A stretch of DNA of 64,000 nt from positions 27,669 through 91,668 of the forward strand of contig JAMCWX010000001.1 of the NCBI GenBank assembly GCA_023480885.1. The letters are read 5' to 3'. The DNA comes from Chloroflexota bacterium. GTDB lineage: Bacteria; Chloroflexota; UBA6077; FW602-bin22; JACPRP01. The notes beneath the pieces are model-generated. The model was given only the letters and a program-made list of their open reading frames with translations, was not told the origin of the DNA and searched no databases. Each line of letters opens with the position of its first letter. Positions within the stretch are counted from its first letter, which is position 1. Position numbers and translations under genes: made by a program. Positions 59,955 to 64,000 of this stretch are shown here, piece by piece.

Positions 59955-61823
59955 CTAAGCAGTGGCTAGCTGTGGCTGGGTCTCAGGCTCTGGTCCAGAA
60001 GTATCGCCGGAGAGTATTCGCTCCAACGCCTCTCCCTCCAGGGTTTCGTCCCTGATGAGCCTCTCTGCCAGTCTATCTAGAATCGCTCTGTTCCTGGTAA
60101 GGATATCCTTAGCGATGTTGTAGGCGTTGTCGATGAACGAGCGGATTTCCTCGTCGATCTGCTCGGCAATCTTCTCGCTGTAGTTCTTCTGCTCGCCGAT
60201 CTCGCGGCCAAGGAAGATAAGCTCCTCCTTATGACCGAGAGCCAACGGGCCGAGCCTCTTGCTCATGCCATACTCGGTCACCATCTTGCGTGCAACGCCG
60301 GTCGCGCGCTCGATGTCGTTCTCCGGGCCCGTCGTCATCTCGCCGAAAACCAGCTCCTCGGAGACAAGGCCACCAAGCGCCCAGGCCAGAGTATCTTCGA
60401 ACTGCGACTTCGTCCACAGGTACCGGTCCTGCGTGGGCAGAAGGCGGGTGTAGCCACCCATCATACCTCGGGCTATGATTGATACCTTGTGAACAGGATC
60501 GACGTTCGTCAGCATTCGCGCGACGACAGCGTGGCCGGCCTCGTGATAAGCGGTGATCGCCTTCTCTTTCTCACTGATAATGCGGCTCTTGCGCTCTGGG
60601 CCAGCGATAACCCTGTCGACAGCTTCCTCGAACTCCTCCAGGCCGATCGACTTCTTGTTCCTTCGGGCTGCCAGGATCGCCGCTTCGTTGACCAGGTTCG
60701 CCAGGTCGGCCCCGGAGAACCCAGGCGTTTGCTTCGCCAGCACGTCCAGGGAAACGTTCTTCTCGAGCGGCTTCCCTCTAACGTGCACATCGAGAATATT
60801 CTTGCGGCCACTGATATCAGGACGATCGAGCACCACCTGTCGGTCAAATCGACCTGGACGCAACAGGGCAGGATCGAGCACGTCTGGACGGTTTGTTGCG
60901 GCGATAACAATCACGTTGGTGTTGGTATCGAAGCCGTCCATTTCCACTAGAATCTGGTTCAGAGTCTGCTCTCGCTCGTCGTGGCTGCCCCCAAGGCCAG
61001 CGCCCCGCTGGCGGCCCACAGCATCTATTTCGTCCACGAAGACGATGCAAGGCGCGTTCCGCTTGGCCTGATCGAACAAGTCACGCACGCGTGAGGCGCC
61101 AACTCCAACAAACATCTCGACGAATTCCGAGCCTGATATGCTGAAGAAAGGAACACCGGCTTCTCCAGCCACTGCTCGGGACAACAGGGTCTTGCCCGTC
61201 CCCGGAGGACCTACCAGCAAGACGCCCCGAGGTATCCTCGCGCCCAGAGCAGCGAACTTCTCTGGATACTTCAGGAATTCCACAACCTCCTGAAGCTCCT
61301 GCTTCGCCTCCTCAACGCCCGCGACATCCAGGAATGTAATGGTCGGCTTGTTGCTCATGAACATACGAGCCCGACTCTTTCCAAAGGAAAGAGCCTGGTT
61401 ATTTGTCCCCTGCGCCTGACGCATCATAAACAATAGTAATCCAGCCAGGAAGACCAGGGGCAGGAACTGAGCCATCAGGCCGAGCCAGTTGCCAAACTCA
61501 GGCGGTTTCTTAACGTCGATAGATATCTTGTCGAGTTCCGCCGGCGTAACCCCTGCGTCCTTAAGCACCTGATAGATGTTCGAGTTGGGCTCCTTGCGGG
61601 AAGTGCTCTTTGTCGCGGTATCGTATCGCTCGATAGTAAGGGTATCACCCTCGACGTCGATCTTCTTGATGTTCCCCTTCTTAACCTCTTGTATGACCTC
61701 ACCAATTTTCATACTCCCAGGCTCTTTCGAAGAGCCCTGATTGACGAAGGAGATGAACAAAGCAATCGCGGCCACCAAGATCAGGAGGTATATGAAGCTA
61801 TTTCTTACCCACTTAGTGTCCAA
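59955..61823 (-). CDS. ftsH: ATP-dependent zinc metalloprotease FtsH
   Basis: Two N-terminal TM helices, Walker [11 protein letters not shown], Walker B VFVDEID, SRH, and the zinc site HEAGHAV. TTG start after GGAGG. Confidence 0.95.
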   Translation of the reverse strand: MDTKWVRNSFIYLLILVAAIALFISFVNQGSSKEPGSMKIGEVIQEVKKGNIKKIDVEGDTLTIERYDTATKSTSRKEPNSNIYQVLKDAGVTPAELDKISIDVKKPPEFGNWLGLMAQFLPLVFLAGLLLFMMRQAQGTNNQALSFGKSRARMFMSNKPTITFLDVAGVEEAKQELQEVVEFLKYPEKFAALGARIPRGVLLVGPPGTGKTLLSRAVAGEAGVPFFSISGSEFVEMFVGVGASRVRDLFDQAKRNAPCIVFVDEIDAVGRQRGAGLGGSHDEREQTLNQILVEMDGFDTNTNVIVIAATNRPDVLDPALLRPGRFDRQVVLDRPDISGRKNILDVHVRGKPLEKNVSLDVLAKQTPGFSGADLANLVNEAAILAARRNKKSIGLEEFEEAVDRVIAGPERKSRIISEKEKAITAYHEAGHAVVARMLTNVDPVHKVSIIARGMMGGYTRLLPTQDRYLWTKSQFEDTLAWALGGLVSEELVFGEMTTGPENDIERATGVARKMVTEYGMSKRLGPLALGHKEELIFLGREIGEQKNYSEKIAEQIDEEIRSFIDNAYNIAKDILTRNRAILDRLAERLIRDETLEGEALERILSGDTSGPEPETQPQLATA

Positions 61824-61874
61824 ACCAACATCCTCCGCACCAGCGCGCCAGAAACAACGCGCACCTGCGTCCCC

Positions 61875-61902
61875 ATTATAACAGAAATGACCAAAAAATC
61901 AA
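61875..61902 (-). promoter_or_regulatory. Candidate ftsH promoter
   Basis: On the minus strand: TTGATT (61902-897), 16 nt, TATAAT (61880-75), located immediately after the hpt stop. Confidence 0.45.
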
Positions 61903-61915
61903 CGTACATAATCTA

Positions 61916-62524
61916 TCAACCGCCTGGTTGATAGTTGCCTCCGCGTAGCTGCCGATCCGCCATCGCCTGCGCATCTGCGTATTTTTCGGGTTTTAGAATC
62001 CCAATGAACGCGAGATTGCGATACAACTCCGCGAAATCGAGCCCGTATCCCACTACAAACTGATCTGCTATCTCGAAACCCAGATAGTCCAGCCTCACGT
62101 CGGCCTTACGTTGTTTCTTTTTATCGAGCAGCGCGCAGATGCGTAGGCTGGCAGGATTCCTCGTCTCCAACACTTCGCGAATGTACTTCAACGTTAACCC
62201 TGTATCCACGATATCTTCGACTATCAAGACGTGTCTTCCCTCGATATTCGTGTCCAGGTCTTTCACGATGCGAACCACTCCGCTGCTAGCCGTGCTCTTG
62301 CCATAGCTGGAAATCGCCATGAAGTCGATCTCCAATGGCAGATCGATCGCTCGCGCCAGGTCCACAATGAACATCAACGCGCCTTTGAGCACGCCCACGA
62401 GTATCAGTTCTTTCCCCTCGTAGTCGGCGACGATCTGCCCGCCAAGCTCGCCAACTCGATTCCTTATCGCTTCTTCGGTGATGAGCACGTCCTGAATGTC
62501 GTCTAATACGATCTCACTGACCAT
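61916..62524 (-). CDS. hpt: Hypoxanthine phosphoribosyltransferase
   Basis: ELILVGVLKGALMF and the PRPP loop VLIVEDIVDTGLTL. The ATG at 62524 is internal to the track ORF (..62611), whose extension overlaps tilS. Confidence 0.9.
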   Translation of the reverse strand: MVSEIVLDDIQDVLITEEAIRNRVGELGGQIVADYEGKELILVGVLKGALMFIVDLARAIDLPLEIDFMAISSYGKSTASSGVVRIVKDLDTNIEGRHVLIVEDIVDTGLTLKYIREVLETRNPASLRICALLDKKKQRKADVRLDYLGFEIADQFVVGYGLDFAELYRNLAFIGILKPEKYADAQAMADRQLRGGNYQPGG

Positions 62525-62594
62525 CGTCGCCTCCTCTCGCAGTGTCTCGGTAGGAAGAGTCTCAGCCGCATTTTCTATCGCTACGCGTCTTCTA

Positions 62595-64000
62595 CTAGCC
62601 TCGCTCGACAAATGTGAGACACAGCACCTCTGCCGTGCGCGGCGTCAGCTTGACCCTATCGTCGATGCGCTTACCCGCTACCCAAACAATCTGTCTGGGA
62701 CCCACGACGATCGGAACGTCATCCCGTCGCGATCGTGGCACCTTTTCATCCACCATGAAATCCTGCAGACCCTTTTCTGCCCGCATACCTAGCGGACTGA
62801 ACCTATCCCCCGGACGACGCCGCCGAACCGACAGGTCGGAACCGCTCTTGGCGTAATCCAGATCGGCGTGCCAGGGATTTGCGTCCTGCACGCAAGGTGA
62901 TTGCGCCACGCGGGCGATCACCCGCCAGTTGGTTCCAACTATGTCTGTCTCGCCAGGCACCATTAACGGTTGGCCCTCCGCCGAGAGTCTTGGTTCCACC
63001 GCAGGCTGCTCGTACCCCACAGTAAACTCATCGTAGCCGACGATAACTCTCAGGCCTCGCGGCCAGGTCACCACCGAACCCGTGCGCCCTTCTCTAATAG
63101 CCGTCATCGCGTCGGCGATGTGTACCGCCTCCAGTCCCACCAGGTCCCCCACGAGCCGTGACACGGCCTCGCGAAGAACGTAGCGCTCAATACTCGGGTG
63201 AAGCTCAGACCAGGCGCGCCGGTCGAAGCTGATCGAATCGTCCTTTTCACGAGCAACATCGTTCCAGACCCTGGCAACCTCTCGCTGAATGAAGCCGAAG
63301 TCGTCCGCCGCGATCTCGGCGGAGCGCAACGTGGCTTCCTTGAACCTGGGATTGTAGCTCAGGAGTTGAGGAATTAGCTGCTGTCGAATGCGATTGCGCA
63401 GATAGACTAGCTCCAGGTTGCTCCTGTCCACACGAGCTTCGAGACTGTAGGTACGCAGATAGTCCTCGACTTCACCGCGCGTCACTTGCAGCAGGGGGCG
63501 TATTACAGCTAGAGGCGCTACTCCAGCCTCTGACACATCGCTCACTTTGTAGCGCATAACAGGCAGCATCCCTCGCATACCGGCGAGTCCAGCGCCGCGG
63601 AGCCAGTGCAACACGATCGTTTCCACCTGATCATCCGCCGTGTGCCCGACGGCGGCACACCTCGCGCCCGTTTCTTTGATAACCTGAGCAAAGAACGCGT
63701 AACGCAACTGGCGCGCCGCGTCCTCGGTACTCAAGTGCCGCTCTTGCCGCAGCGCATTGACGTCCCGGGCCTCGACCGTCACTGGCAGATTCCACTGCCG
63801 TGCCAGGCCAGCTACCCATCTTGCGTCGGCGTTACCCTCTTCGCCGCGCAGCATATGGTTCAAATGCGCGACGTGCAGGCGCACGTCGTGTGCTCGGCCG
63901 TAGGAGACCAGCCAGTGGAGCAAGGCAACTGAATCAGGGCCGCCAGAAACGCCAACGACCACCAGATCGCCTGGCCCAAACATCTTGTGCTCTTCGACTG
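62595..64000 (-). CDS. tilS: tRNA(Ile)-lysidine synthase (5' end probably outside window)
   Basis: PP-loop VVVGVSGGPDSVALL, and a TilS substrate-binding and C-terminal domain (...GKRIDDRVKLT). The frame is still open at nt 64000, and only 13 residues precede SGGPDS from the Met at 63983. Confidence 0.88.
   Translation of the reverse strand, partial: VEEHKMFGPGDLVVVGVSGGPDSVALLHWLVSYGRAHDVRLHVAHLNHMLRGEEGNADARWVAGLARQWNLPVTVEARDVNALRQERHLSTEDAARQLRYAFFAQVIKETGARCAAVGHTADDQVETIVLHWLRGAGLAGMRGMLPVMRYKVSDVSEAGVAPLAVIRPLLQVTRGEVEDYLRTYSLEARVDRSNLELVYLRNRIRQQLIPQLLSYNPRFKEATLRSAEIAADDFGFIQREVARVWNDVAREKDDSISFDRRAWSELHPSIERYVLREAVSRLVGDLVGLEAVHIADAMTAIREGRTGSVVTWPRGLRVIVGYDEFTVGYEQPAVEPRLSAEGQPLMVPGETDIVGTNWRVIARVAQSPCVQDANPWHADLDYAKSGSDLSVRRRRPGDRFSPLGMRAEKGLQDFMVDEKVPRSRRDDVPIVVGPRQIVWVAGKRIDDRVKLTPRTAEVLCLTFVERG

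Overview
This 64-kb window comes from a moderately GC-rich bacterial chromosome with many TTG/GTG starts. Gene content, plus hairpin repeats that translate to 'GEHKVRPY'-type peptides, make me suspect a Chloroflexota-like organism. That is inference only and was not searched.

Two kinds of content alternate.

(1) Housekeeping blocks:
- rpmI-rplT-trmH-like-pheS-pheT
- hisH
- an ATP-dependent DNA ligase
- prfB, which carries the canonical +1 frameshift site, coupled to an MA-type metallopeptidase
- argCJBD
- a subtilase
- mfd
- an LOR/SDH (TIGR00300-like) enzyme
- tilS-hpt-ftsH

(2) Two large glycan-assembly clusters:
- Cluster 1 (about 5.9-20.3 kb, mostly + strand) holds a Wzx-type flippase, a B12-binding radical-SAM enzyme, two SAM methyltransferases, an AsnB-type amidotransferase and eight GT2/GT4 transferases.
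- Cluster 2 (39.2-58.1 kb, - strand) has 13 tightly packed or overlapping genes: a WbaP-type priming transferase, three GT2, three GT4, an O-antigen-ligase/Wzy-like protein, three GT-C-fold membrane enzymes (PMT_2/ArnT-like, a second GT-C, YfhO), a membrane-anchored clan GH-A hydrolase, and pth at the 3' end.

The two clusters look functionally complementary. The flippase is only in cluster 1; the primer and polymerase/ligase are only in cluster 2. This split, GT-C-rich system is my best candidate for something not yet described.

Other points worth a second look:
- Two families of palindromic REP-like hairpins. One family is inserted twice, in frame, inside a GT-C gene.
- A 48-bp in-frame tandem duplication in the YfhO gene.
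- Near-consensus promoters placed exactly 7 nt upstream of an ATG, which is a leaderless geometry. One precedes hisH and one precedes an 18-codon ORF ahead of cluster 1.
- A hairpin-dense stretch of about 0.7 kb between argD and prfB with no convincing gene.
- A 58-codon ORF that falls below the ORF-track threshold.

I saw no rRNA, tRNA, CRISPR array, transposase or integrase. All family assignments come from motifs read by eye and need HMM/BLAST confirmation.
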